From: Methanomassiliicoccales archaeon
Lineage (GTDB): Archaea > Thermoplasmatota > Thermoplasmata > Methanomassiliicoccales > UBA472
Length of the DNA: 64,000 bases
Assembly (NCBI GenBank): GCA_013415865.1
Contig: CP058896.1
Location: 1,744,316-1,808,315 of the forward strand
Reading direction: 5' to 3'
The position numbers and the translations under genes are program-made. Positions 18,576-29,633 of the stretch are shown here, one piece after another (the first letter of the stretch is position 1; each line of letters opens with the position of its first letter). Below the pieces are notes generated by a model. That model saw only the letters and a list, made by a program, of their open reading frames with translations, was not told the DNA's origin and searched no databases.

Positions 18576-20270
18576 TTAATCGTGCGTGAAGTACGCCTCG
18601 ACCTTTGGTGAGACCCTTCCTATCCTGGCAAAACCAAAGCGCTCGAACTGGACGACCTTTCCGACCTCTTCATCAGGGACCCTCTCGGCCCTTCCTTGCT
18701 TCCTTGTCCCATCTGGCATGAGGACAGTGCATTCCACAGAGCTGTCCGGCACCCAATGGACGATCTTGACCTTCTCTTTCAGGATGGAGAGGTCGTTTCC
18801 GATATACCTGCCCTTCCCGTTCACGATCTCGATGTTCCCCAGGTCCTTGAGGCGGACCTTGCCACGCTCCACCGCCTGCGCAAGATCCTCCTCAGTGACA
18901 AAGACCATGATCGGTCTCCCACTGAGCCGATGCTCCCTATATCCTCGCTCTGGATGGTCCGGATGCTTGGGTACCTTTGCATGAAGCTCATCAACGCCGC
19001 ATATGTCGAGCGGCTGCGGGTCCCATACGAAGAAATACCTATTTGCGGCCTTGTCGACCCTGTCCCTGTTATAAGAGTAGAGCGTATCCCATGAGAATTC
19101 GATATCCACTTCTTTTATGCCGCAATCGATCCAAAAGGCCCGTATGGAATCTGCCTGGATGCCTCTCTTCTCCATTGCTCTGACGGTCCCGAGCCGGACA
19201 TCATCCCAGCCCGTGTACTCGCCGGTCTTTATCCCTTTTCCTACAGTGGAAGTCTTGAGTATGGCGTCTGGGATCGAGACGAGACCATAATGGTGGTACC
19301 ACGGCATCTTCCAACCGAAGTATCTGAAGATGTACTCCTGCCTCAGGGTGTTGTTGAGATGGTCCTTTCCACGTATGACATGCGTTAGACCGAGATAATG
19401 ATCGTCCACGGCCACGCAGAAGTTCATCATGGGATACACGCAATAGCGGTCCCCCGTCCTTGGATGGGGCACGGATTTGACTATCCTGAAACCCACAAAG
19501 TCGCGTATCGCAGGATTTGGGTGGTCCAGGTCGGTCTTGACGACCAACACCGCCTTTTCCTCTTCATAGTGGCCGGCCAGCATCTTGTCCCATTTCTCCA
19601 ACTGCTCCTCCACAGGAAGGTCCCTGTGCGGACAAGGCCTTGATGCTTCCTTCGCATTACGCCAATCCTCGACCGGGCACGTACAGATGTAGGCCTTCCC
19701 CATCTCGATGAGCTGCCTCGCGATCTCATAATAAAAGGGGAACCTTTCGCTCTGGATAACGGTCTCGTCGACCTTCACCCCTAGCCATTCGAGGTCCTCA
19801 GGTATCATCTTATAGGCGTCAGGGTCGATCTTCTCCGGGTTGGTGTCCTCCATCCTATTGATGAACTTCCCGTTGTAACGTTTGCAATACTCATCATTGA
19901 GTATCGCCACCCTGGTGTGGCCCAGATGCAGAGGTCCGGAAGGGCCCGGGGCGAAGCGCATCACCACCTGTCCGTTCACAGCTCCAGGCAGGTCGACCAG
20001 CCTATGCACCTTCTCGACCTTCTCCTTCTTGACTGTCAGCGACGGGTCTATGGACTCCAATAGCGATTTCTGCTCCTCTAGGCTCATGGCGTTCACTCTC
20101 GCCAGAACCGATTCGATCAATGGGATGATCTCTTTGATATGAGGGCGAAGGGCCGGCTGCTCGGCCATGACCTTGCCCTGGACGGCCTTGGCGTTCGCCT
20201 TGCCGCCATAAAGGAACGCGTTCTGAAGTGCGTACTTGAGTATGACGTTCTCTGCGCTAGGATCGACCAT
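18576..20270 (-). CDS. gltX: glutamyl-tRNA synthetase (archaeal type)
   Basis: RFAPGPSGPLHLGHTR (HIGH region), class I core and archaeal-length C-terminal domain. Confidence 0.95.
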   Translation of the reverse strand: MVDPSAENVILKYALQNAFLYGGKANAKAVQGKVMAEQPALRPHIKEIIPLIESVLARVNAMSLEEQKSLLESIDPSLTVKKEKVEKVHRLVDLPGAVNGQVVMRFAPGPSGPLHLGHTRVAILNDEYCKRYNGKFINRMEDTNPEKIDPDAYKMIPEDLEWLGVKVDETVIQSERFPFYYEIARQLIEMGKAYICTCPVEDWRNAKEASRPCPHRDLPVEEQLEKWDKMLAGHYEEEKAVLVVKTDLDHPNPAIRDFVGFRIVKSVPHPRTGDRYCVYPMMNFCVAVDDHYLGLTHVIRGKDHLNNTLRQEYIFRYFGWKMPWYHHYGLVSIPDAILKTSTVGKGIKTGEYTGWDDVRLGTVRAMEKRGIQADSIRAFWIDCGIKEVDIEFSWDTLYSYNRDRVDKAANRYFFVWDPQPLDICGVDELHAKVPKHPDHPERGYREHRLSGRPIMVFVTEEDLAQAVERGKVRLKDLGNIEIVNGKGRYIGNDLSILKEKVKIVHWVPDSSVECTVLMPDGTRKQGRAERVPDEEVGKVVQFERFGFARIGRVSPKVEAYFTHD

Positions 20271-20379
20271 CGGCCGTCCGATTGGATATTACCATCAAAT
20301 ATCTTTGCTATCCGCAGAATATCCGTTAGAAGATCGTACCAGGCGAACTGTTATTAGAACCCATGCGAATGACCAAAGC

Positions 20380-21651
20380 ATGTCCATGCGCTCGTTGATG
20401 AGCTCCTTCAAAGACCTCAGGAGGATAAAGAAGCACGTTCCGAACGAACTGGAGCCTACCAAGATATTATTGGAGGACCAACGAAGGCCGGTCCTTTTCG
20501 AGGACCTTAACGGGATGAAGGCCATCGGCAATGTCTGGTCCGATAGGGAGAGGGTGGCGAATGCCCTTGGTCTTAGGAAAGAGACATTGACAGAGAGCTT
20601 GGTGGAGGCCCTGTCCAGTCCAAGAAAGCCTCGAGTAGTAAAGGATGCAGAGTTCTATGACCATGTGCACGATGACTTTGACCTGATGAGGCTCCCGATA
20701 CCCAAATATTATCCGAAGGACGGGGGGAGGTACATCACATCAGGGGTGGCGGTCGCCGAGTTCGAGGGGAAGAGGAACATCTCGTTCCATCGCCTCATGC
20801 TATTGGACAGCCACAGGTTTGCGATAAGATTGGTCCCAAGGCATCTGTATACCATGCACCAGATGAGCCTCAAGAAGGGGAAGGAGCTCAAGGTCGCATT
20901 CTGTGTCGGGGTGTGTCCATCGATATTGTTGGCCGGGGCGACATCTACAGATTACGCAGCCGATGAGATGGAGATAGCCAGCGCGATCAGGTATCATGGC
21001 CTCAAGGAAGATGTCGAGGTCGCTGCTACCGAGGAAGGGCTGATGGTCCCTGCCAGATCGGAGTTCGTGATCGAGGGCAGGCTGACAGCGGCATTGGTGG
21101 ACGAGGGGCCGTTCGTAGACATCACGGGCACCTATGACCCGGTCAGGAAGCAGCCCCTGTTCGAGGTGGACAGGGTCTACCACAGGACCGACCCGATCTT
21201 CCATCTGGTCCTGCCAGGAGGGCTGGAGCATTACCTGTTGATGGGGATGCCCAGGGAGCCGGTCATATACAAGACGGTGAGGCAGGTCGTGCCGAGGGTG
21301 CATGGAGTCAGACTTACCGAGGGTGGCTGCTGCTGGTTGCACGGCGTCGTCTCGATAACCAAGAACAAGGAAGGAGATGCGATGAACGCCGCCATGGCCG
21401 CGTTCACTGGCCATCCATCGATGAAGAAGGTCACCATCGTTGATGAGGACATAGACATTTATGATGACCAGAAGGTGGAATGGGCAGAGGCGACGAGATT
21501 CCAGGCCAGCAGGTCCCTTTTGGTCGTGAACAATGCTGCCGGGTCATCGTTGGACCCAAGCACTGAATCGACAACATCAAAGGTCGCCATCGATGCGACC
21601 AAGCCGATCGGTGCAGAAGGGTTCGACAAGGCCATGTTGGACAGATGTTGA
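20380..21651 (+). CDS. UbiD-family (prFMN-dependent) decarboxylase
   Basis: UbiD-like length and blocks (GGRYITSG, FHRLML, PREPVIY, CWLHGVVSI). Start inferred at ATG 20380. Confidence 0.8.
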   Translation: MSMRSLMSSFKDLRRIKKHVPNELEPTKILLEDQRRPVLFEDLNGMKAIGNVWSDRERVANALGLRKETLTESLVEALSSPRKPRVVKDAEFYDHVHDDFDLMRLPIPKYYPKDGGRYITSGVAVAEFEGKRNISFHRLMLLDSHRFAIRLVPRHLYTMHQMSLKKGKELKVAFCVGVCPSILLAGATSTDYAADEMEIASAIRYHGLKEDVEVAATEEGLMVPARSEFVIEGRLTAALVDEGPFVDITGTYDPVRKQPLFEVDRVYHRTDPIFHLVLPGGLEHYLLMGMPREPVIYKTVRQVVPRVHGVRLTEGGCCWLHGVVSITKNKEGDAMNAAMAAFTGHPSMKKVTIVDEDIDIYDDQKVEWAEATRFQASRSLLVVNNAAGSSLDPSTESTTSKVAIDATKPIGAEGFDKAMLDRC

Positions 21652-22605
21652 TGAGATATGAGCAGAGCTGGGTTCAATAATTCTTCTCAATCAACATCGC
21701 CCGCAAAATAATAGATGTCGATCCAGGTTTCGGCTTACAGTCGGTAGTTTGGTTTCATGGTGTTATTGTAATCTGGCACTTTTAACATTTCCAAATCTGA
21801 GATATTTCCTAGCATGCAGAGGGAGGATCCAATCATAGGTCGTTCATAATAATTTTCAAGTCAACTGTTATTAAAAATCGGGTCTTAATATTATAAAAAA
21901 TGAGGTGGACTTTAATTTCGCTCCAACCCCCCTTCTACAAATTTTATTTACCATGCGCGCATTTTAAGATACGGCAATCTATTAACATCCATCGGTTAAA
22001 AGGGTGATTAATGTAAGGATAATCAATGAAGAATCCAAGGCCAGTCATGATTAAGCAAGGTTTGAATTTTTTCACGACCGGTCTTTCTTACTATGGCCCT
22101 TTCTTAAAATTATTTAATTGTTATGATAAATAATATTAAATCAATAAGGTAGGTCAACGCAATTTTCATTTCGAAGATTTCGGACCTCCTCTAATTATTG
22201 AACTTTATTCTATTTAATTTAATATATTATTATCGATTGATTATCATTTTTGCACACGAAAGTAAGGTTCGAACAATGTCCTATTCAATTGATGAAATTA
22301 CTTAAATATCCAGATATTGATTTTATGAATTATATTATTATAAATATTTTTAATTATTTTCATTATCTTATTATCAATTTTGATAATTAATTATTTATAT
22401 ACTGCAACTACAAACATATATCAAAAGCAAAATTGTCTTTGGGCATATTGAGGACTAAAATATAGGGGAGAAAGGTTAGAACAGCCCTCGAATTGACCAG
22501 ATGCGATTTTGCGCTCAAGGAAAAGACGAACAAATCTCGCGAGCAATCGATGAAAAAAGGTTGACGCGCAGATCTGCCGCTCGAAAATGGAGGAGGATGA
22601 ACTCT
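21652..22605. other. extremely AT-rich ORF-free intergenic island
   Basis: The track shows no ORF of 60 codons or more between 21678 and 22500. Hand count gives 4 G+C in 60 nt at 22321-22380 and 12 in 60 at 22381-22440, against 36 in 60 for a typical coding line (12001-12060). Confidence 0.85.
22370..22387. repeat. perfect 18-bp palindrome ATTATCAA-TT-TTGATAAT
   Basis: Read directly from the sequence. Related TTATCA/TGATAA half-sites recur near 22121 and 22232. Confidence 0.7.
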
Positions 22606-25600
22606 ATGGATAAAAGGAAATCAGCGATGGCGGTCTTTATTGCATTAATTATGGTTGCATCCACTTTTTTTGTCGCAGTACCTTTGGCACAGGCTGCGAA
22701 CGATAAGTGGACTTCCGAATTATATGCGTGGGACCCTGTCCAGAATGCATGGGTGAACGGTAACCTTGCCGGTTATCGGGAAGGAGATCTCGTTGGATTC
22801 AAATATGTTCTGACACACGACTCGGGGACTAATAATTTATCACCTGAGATAGACTCAGTATATGACCATTATAATATTGCGAAACATGCTTTCGGTATAG
22901 ATGCGGAGATCCTTTGGGCATATAACAGAGTGGGATGGAGCACCCAATTCCCAGTACATAGCGATGACGCGGACCTTAACACCCCCGATTTGGTTAGGAA
23001 CATCGATCCGGATGTATCCAATGCCTTTTTCGGAATTAGCGGTGGGGTAGTACAGAAATACTACAAGTTCAACGCGGGAAGATTCGAAGTACCGACCGGT
23101 ACGTCAATATACATTTATTTCCAAGCTCATTTAGCTGAGACCGCTTACTACAGCACAGTGACAACTCCGGAACCAATCACTGGCACGCCGGCCCCTCACT
23201 ATGGGGCTGCGTATTTCCCGGGGGCTTCGTTGCAAGCAGCGCTCTCTCTGGTATATACAGGAACGACTGCCCAGACCCAGAGCATTCCGGTCACTTATGC
23301 AGCTGGTAGCATCTCAGGCATGAAGTTCCATGATGCCAACTCAAATGGGATCAGGGACCCTGGGGAGGGAGGATTGTCGAACTGGACGATAATATTGGAA
23401 GGAGTATCCGCTGGAGGTTTCCCCATAGTCATGCAAACAACAACTGCGACCGATGGGACATACTCCTTCAACCAACTTCCGTGGGGCACATATTCCGTGA
23501 GAGAGGTGCTCAAACCAGGATGGACCCAGACATATCCAACTTCAAATGGTGGCGTCCACGTTGGGATAGTGATAGATGGAACAGACCTAACTGAGCAAAA
23601 TGTGAATTTCGGTAACTCGGCCCCTGGGAAGATAAGGGCAGCAAAGGTCATCGACAGAGATGGCGATGAATCAACCGAAGAGGACCAAATGCCCGGCGAA
23701 GGTTGGACATTTGAATTGTTCTATTATGACGCGGGAACATGGAGGTCTTTGGGCAGCAAGGTGACGGGGGCGGACGGCTATACGGCATGGTGGAGCCTGC
23801 TCCCACTTGGGAACTATAAAATGGTCGAGACCGGTAAAGCTGGGTACGCAGGGGTCCAGGAAAAATTCATATCCATAACCACAGCCCACCAAGAGATAAC
23901 CATGACCTTCTACAACAGGCCATTGGGCTCGATCACGGTCACCAAGGTGATCGACCAGGACGGGGATCCAGAGACCATGGAGGACCAGTCCAACGGTGGG
24001 GCAGGTTGGGAGTTCGAGCTATTATATTATAATGGCCAGACGTGGGTCAGCCAGGGAAAGAAGACCACTGACGGAACCGGTACAGTGACATGGAACGACC
24101 TGCCATTGGGCAGATATAAGGTCGTGGAGACACCGAGGGATTATTGGCATAACGCTGACCCTGTCGAAATTACGTTAACGGAGGCGGGTGTGAACGTTCC
24201 TGTGACAATGATCAATACCCCCCCGACACCTGCTATCAAAATAGTGAAGACCGGTCCTGTTGAAGCAGAGGTCGGAGAGATCATAACATACACGTATACA
24301 GTGACAAATGTAGGAGAGGCCCCGCTGAGCAATGTATATGTGATGGACTCGGTCTCAGGAGCGACCACATATATCTCAGGCGATGTAAATCTCAATGGAA
24401 TGCTGGATCTCACTGAGGTCTGGATCTTTGAGGACACGTGGACTGTAGCCGCCTCACCTGACCCATTGATAAACATTGCGACCGCCTATGGTACTTGGGA
24501 AGGCGTACAAGTTATGGACCAAGATGAATGGTCCTTGGACGTGGCCAAGCCGGCGATACACATCGAGAAGTACGGACCGACCGAGGCCGAGGTGGGCGAC
24601 TTAATCAAGTTCACCTTTGTGGTCACCAATGTTGGCGACGTCCCGTTGGCGAATGTTACGGTTGTTGATTCAATAGCTGGAGCAGCAATCTATGTCTCTG
24701 GTGATGTGAACAATAACCATATGCTCGATCTGACCGAAATGTGGACCTTTGAGCTATATTGGACTGTGCAATCTGCTCCGGATCCATTGTATAATGTCGG
24801 TACTGCTACTGGGTACTATGAAGATACACCAGTGACCGATGAAGACGATCATACGACGGTCGTAATTCAACCGGGTATGATCATAGTATATAAGTATGAT
24901 GACCTAAATGGAAATGGAGTCCATGATATTGGCGAGCCTGGTGTGCAAGGCGTCACAATCGAGCTATGGTTGAATGGAGAATTAAAAGAGACTAAGACCA
25001 CAAATGCGACCGGGGAAGCCGTATTCGATAAACTTAGAATGGGCACCTATGTCGTAAAAGAAATAATGCCAGCAGGGTGGTACTCCGATGCTCCATTAAC
25101 TCAGGAAGTGGTCATCGATCGGTCCGGCGAACAGGTGGACGTCACCTTCCTGAACATCCGCTACGGACAGATCTGCGTCTACAAGTACGACGACCTGAAC
25201 GGCAACGGAATAAGGGACGCGGGCGAGCCTGCGGTACCTGGCGTCACCATCGAACTCTGGTTCGGTGAACAGCTCGTAGGAAGTGGGACGACCGATTCGA
25301 ACGGAATGGTATGCTTCAGCAACCTCAAGCTCGGAACCTACCATGTCAAGGAGATCCTCCCGACGGGCTGGTACTCCGATGCTCCATTAACTCAGGAAGT
25401 GGTCATCGATGAGTCCGGCGAACGGGTGGACGTCACCTTCCTGAACATCAGGTATGTGACACTGTGCATCTACAAGTTCGCGGACATGGATGGAGACCTT
25501 GAGACCACTACCGATAGAGAGCCTGTGAATGTATGGGTGAAGGTAATCGGTCCTGGAGATGCGATCATCTTTGAAGGATACATAGGAGATGACGGTTACC

Positions 25601-26487
25601 TGTGCATTGAGAATCTCAAGGTTGGTGAATACACCGTGACGGAGACTCTTGAATGCTACTGGATACCGTTGACCGAGACCACGATAACGCAGAACGGACA
25701 ATCTGGGGACAGATTGGTGTTCACGTTCATAAATATGGAAATGGTCCCGTATCCTGGAGGACATACCATAGGCTTCTGGAAGAACAACATCCTGAAGAAC
25801 ATGCAAGGAAGGACAAAAGGAATACAGGTTCCATATGCCGATATTGCGAGATATCTCTCAGAAATTGATGAGATGTACGGCGATGAATATGAATTCCTTA
25901 ATGACCTGAGCTTCCAGGAGGCCTACAACATCCTAAGCATACCGAACCCAAGTGACCCGCAGGACAAGGCAGAGGCTCAGATCCTCTCGATGATATTGAC
26001 ATCTAGGCTATGGGCTCCGGAATGGGGCGACTCGTTCGTGCATCTGCCAGATGTAGGTCAGGGATCTACCTACACTGGATCTGGCAGCGGAGCGATTGAC
26101 TACATCCTGGGCCTGTATTCAGATGGAGCTTACAGCAAGGCACAGTATCTCGCGGATGGAATGAACAATGCTCCCGAGGGTGTCGACTGGTACGACTGGT
26201 GGTATGTAGGTCTCGATGTGTATGTCTTCAAGGACTACCTGTACGGATCACCGGTGGAAGGAGTTACGCTGACACTGACCGGACCTGATGGTACCATGAT
26301 CAGCCAGACGGACGAGTTGGGTTATGCCAGGTTCGAATGGCTCATACCGGGGACATACTTCCTTGAGATCACAGTGCCAGTGGGAATGGACCCGGTCGGA
26401 GCGACCACATTCACCTTCACGGTGAACCAGGCATGGGGCCTAGGGGACGACATCGTCAAGAGCTTTGTCGTCACCGATGAGCCATAA
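22606..26487 (+). CDS. giant secreted repeat protein (SdrD-B/Cna-B-like and DUF11-like Ig-fold repeats), putative adhesin
   Basis: Sec signal MDKRKSAMAVFIALIMVASTFFVAVPLAQA|AN. Repeats of the type YKYDDLNGNGxxDxGEPGVxGVTIELW and KTGPxEAEVGxxIxYTxxVTNVG. GGAGGAGG at 22589-22596. Alternative ATG at 22597. Confidence 0.85.
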   Translation: MDKRKSAMAVFIALIMVASTFFVAVPLAQAANDKWTSELYAWDPVQNAWVNGNLAGYREGDLVGFKYVLTHDSGTNNLSPEIDSVYDHYNIAKHAFGIDAEILWAYNRVGWSTQFPVHSDDADLNTPDLVRNIDPDVSNAFFGISGGVVQKYYKFNAGRFEVPTGTSIYIYFQAHLAETAYYSTVTTPEPITGTPAPHYGAAYFPGASLQAALSLVYTGTTAQTQSIPVTYAAGSISGMKFHDANSNGIRDPGEGGLSNWTIILEGVSAGGFPIVMQTTTATDGTYSFNQLPWGTYSVREVLKPGWTQTYPTSNGGVHVGIVIDGTDLTEQNVNFGNSAPGKIRAAKVIDRDGDESTEEDQMPGEGWTFELFYYDAGTWRSLGSKVTGADGYTAWWSLLPLGNYKMVETGKAGYAGVQEKFISITTAHQEITMTFYNRPLGSITVTKVIDQDGDPETMEDQSNGGAGWEFELLYYNGQTWVSQGKKTTDGTGTVTWNDLPLGRYKVVETPRDYWHNADPVEITLTEAGVNVPVTMINTPPTPAIKIVKTGPVEAEVGEIITYTYTVTNVGEAPLSNVYVMDSVSGATTYISGDVNLNGMLDLTEVWIFEDTWTVAASPDPLINIATAYGTWEGVQVMDQDEWSLDVAKPAIHIEKYGPTEAEVGDLIKFTFVVTNVGDVPLANVTVVDSIAGAAIYVSGDVNNNHMLDLTEMWTFELYWTVQSAPDPLYNVGTATGYYEDTPVTDEDDHTTVVIQPGMIIVYKYDDLNGNGVHDIGEPGVQGVTIELWLNGELKETKTTNATGEAVFDKLRMGTYVVKEIMPAGWYSDAPLTQEVVIDRSGEQVDVTFLNIRYGQICVYKYDDLNGNGIRDAGEPAVPGVTIELWFGEQLVGSGTTDSNGMVCFSNLKLGTYHVKEILPTGWYSDAPLTQEVVIDESGERVDVTFLNIRYVTLCIYKFADMDGDLETTTDREPVNVWVKVIGPGDAIIFEGYIGDDGYLCIENLKVGEYTVTETLECYWIPLTETTITQNGQSGDRLVFTFINMEMVPYPGGHTIGFWKNNILKNMQGRTKGIQVPYADIARYLSEIDEMYGDEYEFLNDLSFQEAYNILSIPNPSDPQDKAEAQILSMILTSRLWAPEWGDSFVHLPDVGQGSTYTGSGSGAIDYILGLYSDGAYSKAQYLADGMNNAPEGVDWYDWWYVGLDVYVFKDYLYGSPVEGVTLTLTGPDGTMISQTDELGYARFEWLIPGTYFLEITVPVGMDPVGATTFTFTVNQAWGLGDDIVKSFVVTDEP
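23638..24228 (+). repeat. tandem pair of about 100-aa domains (KVIDxDGDxxTxEDQ...GW.FEL.YY)
   Basis: Unit 1 is 23638-23940 and unit 2 is 23941-24228, aligned by eye at the protein level. Confidence 0.75.
24229..24873 (+). repeat. tandem pair of DUF11-like domains
   Basis: PAIKIVKTGPVEAEVGEIITYTYTVTNVGEAPLSNV.. aligns with PAIHIEKYGPTEAEVGDLIKFTFVVTNVGDVPLANV..; the units begin at 24229 and 24550. Confidence 0.8.
24874..25455 (+). repeat. 2 x 291-bp tandem repeat (SdrD-B-like domains) with a near-identical 3' portion
   Basis: 25078-25164 and 25369-25455 differ at only a handful of positions (TGGTACTCCGATGCTCCATTAACTCAGGAAGTGGTCATCGAT...). The 5' halves of the units are much more diverged. 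Confidence 0.9.
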
Positions 26488-26500
26488 GAAAAGAACTTAA

Positions 26501-26517
26501 GGGGGCCAAAAGCCCCC
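26501..26517. terminator. GC hairpin between convergent genes (possible bidirectional terminator)
   Basis: GGGGGC-CAAAA-GCCCCC lies 14 nt after the adhesin stop and 7 nt before the purA stop. Confidence 0.45.
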
Positions 26518-26523
26518 TCAACC

Positions 26524-27879
<1,356 letters not shown>

Positions 27880-28980
27880 TCATCCGAACAGTTCCCTGTA
27901 TCGCTCAATTACCGCACGATAAGGGCGGTCGCATTTGAACCCTGTAGGCGAGAAGTGCGTCCTAGACACATTCCCGATCGCGCTCAGGCCCTCTAACAGT
28001 CTATCAAGTCTCGGCGAAGAGATATGAAGGTCCGAAGAGATCTCGTTGTTCTCGTAAAAGAACGGAACATCGAGCTCCTCCTTCCAAAGCTGCAGGTACT
28101 TGGCGCATCTCTCTTTTTCATGGAGGGTGTCTGGCAAAGGCATGCTTTTCAAAAAATCTTTGTTTGTCAGGTTCCCTGACCATAAAGGTCCCGACGCACC
28201 CTCTTCAAATTGCGTTAGCACTTTTCGCTCATGTGTCCCTCGGTCGAACACCAGATAGCCAAGTTTTTCCAAAGAGGCATCAGCGGCATCCGCGCTTTCT
28301 GGCATCCTGAGGTACAGCCTCATGTAATGGTCCGCGTAGAAGCAGAGCAATGGTTCGACCCCCCTGTCGAACATCGCCGCCTGCCTGACGACATACCCTA
28401 TGAGTATACGAAGGCCCACCTCATGGCCGAACACACATCTGCACGGCCTCGCCTGATATCGTCTGATGCATTTTTTTGCATGGGTGCCTGCCAGGGGAGC
28501 GGTGTCCGTGGCCGTCAAGGCCAGTATGCCGTTCTTCCTGATGCCTTGTATCGCTGAATGAAGAAAAGGGACAGGGGTACCGAAAGGGTCCAGGTCGATA
28601 TAGTCGAACTTTTCCTTCGCTAAGAGACATCTAAGGTCCTCGTTCCTTACGATGCATCTCTCCAGGGCATTGACCTCGACGTTCTTCCTTATGACGTCCA
28701 CTGATTCCTTTTCCCAATCATTGATATGAAACTCTGTGCTGGGACGGGCCTCGTTCATGATTCTGATGGACCTGGCCCCGGTGGCCGACATGGCATCCAA
28801 GGACCTCCTTGGTTGTACCTCAGGATGCGAAAAGAACATGACAGAGACGTCTCGGTTGAACGCCATCTGACTGTTGTAGAAGACCCTCCCCATCTTCTTA
28901 CCAGGACCGCTCTCCGTGCGTTCCTTGGGGACAAAGAGCCTCGTCGCGCCCTCGATGATCTGCTCCAGCTCTCGGTCCAT
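27880..28980 (-). CDS. trm1: tRNA (guanine26-N2)-dimethyltransferase
   Basis: FYNSQMAFNRD, DAMSATGARSIR and IDLDPFGTP motifs. ATG 28980 lies 2 nt after the upstream gene's stop. Confidence 0.9.
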   Translation of the reverse strand: MDRELEQIIEGATRLFVPKERTESGPGKKMGRVFYNSQMAFNRDVSVMFFSHPEVQPRRSLDAMSATGARSIRIMNEARPSTEFHINDWEKESVDVIRKNVEVNALERCIVRNEDLRCLLAKEKFDYIDLDPFGTPVPFLHSAIQGIRKNGILALTATDTAPLAGTHAKKCIRRYQARPCRCVFGHEVGLRILIGYVVRQAAMFDRGVEPLLCFYADHYMRLYLRMPESADAADASLEKLGYLVFDRGTHERKVLTQFEEGASGPLWSGNLTNKDFLKSMPLPDTLHEKERCAKYLQLWKEELDVPFFYENNEISSDLHISSPRLDRLLEGLSAIGNVSRTHFSPTGFKCDRPYRAVIERYRELFG

Positions 28981-28982
28981 GT

Positions 28983-29525
28983 TCAAAGAAGCTCGCCCTT
29001 CATGAGCTTCATGATCTTGTAGGGCAGAAGGTTCCTGTTGATCGGCGTGACCTCAAGGATGCGCACGTCATCTCTCCTTCTTATGTCCTGAAGAAGGGGG
29101 TTCCTCGATTTCTTATGCAATGTCAAAAGGATCGGTTTCTCAACATCCAGAGCGGCCTTGACCGCATTGACGAACTTCTCCGACTCCACCTCGATCTTTC
29201 CTACCTCATCGATGACGATGACATCGGACTCCTCGCAGGCCTTGTTCAGCGCATTGACGCCTATCTCCTCTAGGACCTCGAGGTCTATGCCGAACTTCCC
29301 GACCATGAACTTGCTCTTGATCTCGGTCGATGCCAGGATGCCCTTCTCCTTGGTGCGCCAGTCGATGACATAGAAACCGCTCCGCCTCTTATCGTCGAGG
29401 ATAGGCTCAGTGATCATACCCCCGACCTTCAGGCCTTCAGACTCCAGCATCTCGATCACCTTCATCAAGGTCTGCGTCTTTCCTGCCTGAGGCAGTCCCG
29501 TGATCCCTATCTTGATATTGTTCAT
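28983..29525 (-). CDS. THEP1/MJ1559-like nucleoside triphosphatase
   Basis: KIGITGLPQAGKT P-loop, VIVIDEVGKIE Walker B, about 180 aa. Confidence 0.75.
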   Translation of the reverse strand: MNNIKIGITGLPQAGKTQTLMKVIEMLESEGLKVGGMITEPILDDKRRSGFYVIDWRTKEKGILASTEIKSKFMVGKFGIDLEVLEEIGVNALNKACEESDVIVIDEVGKIEVESEKFVNAVKAALDVEKPILLTLHKKSRNPLLQDIRRRDDVRILEVTPINRNLLPYKIMKLMKGELL

Positions 29526-29633
29526 TTACTTCACCGTCATCGGCGAGCGAAAGGTTCGCCTATGGGATGAGGACCGTATCGCATTGTTGAATAAATAATA
29601 ATGGCTTGGTTTTATAAAAAAGACGATTGTTCG

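Noticed and set aside
22026-22133. 35-codon ORF (MKNPRPVMIKQGLNFFTTGLSYYGPFLKLFNCYDK) inside the AT-rich island
   Set aside because: It is too short, with no motif and no convincing ribosome-binding context. It is more likely chance or a decayed remnant.
21652-22605. AT-rich island as a chromosomal replication origin
   Set aside because: Considered because of the extreme AT content and the palindrome. However, no orc1/cdc6 gene is adjacent, and I could not find repeated ORB or mini-ORB-type elements (only one C-run). It is kept as an open observation, not called as oriC.
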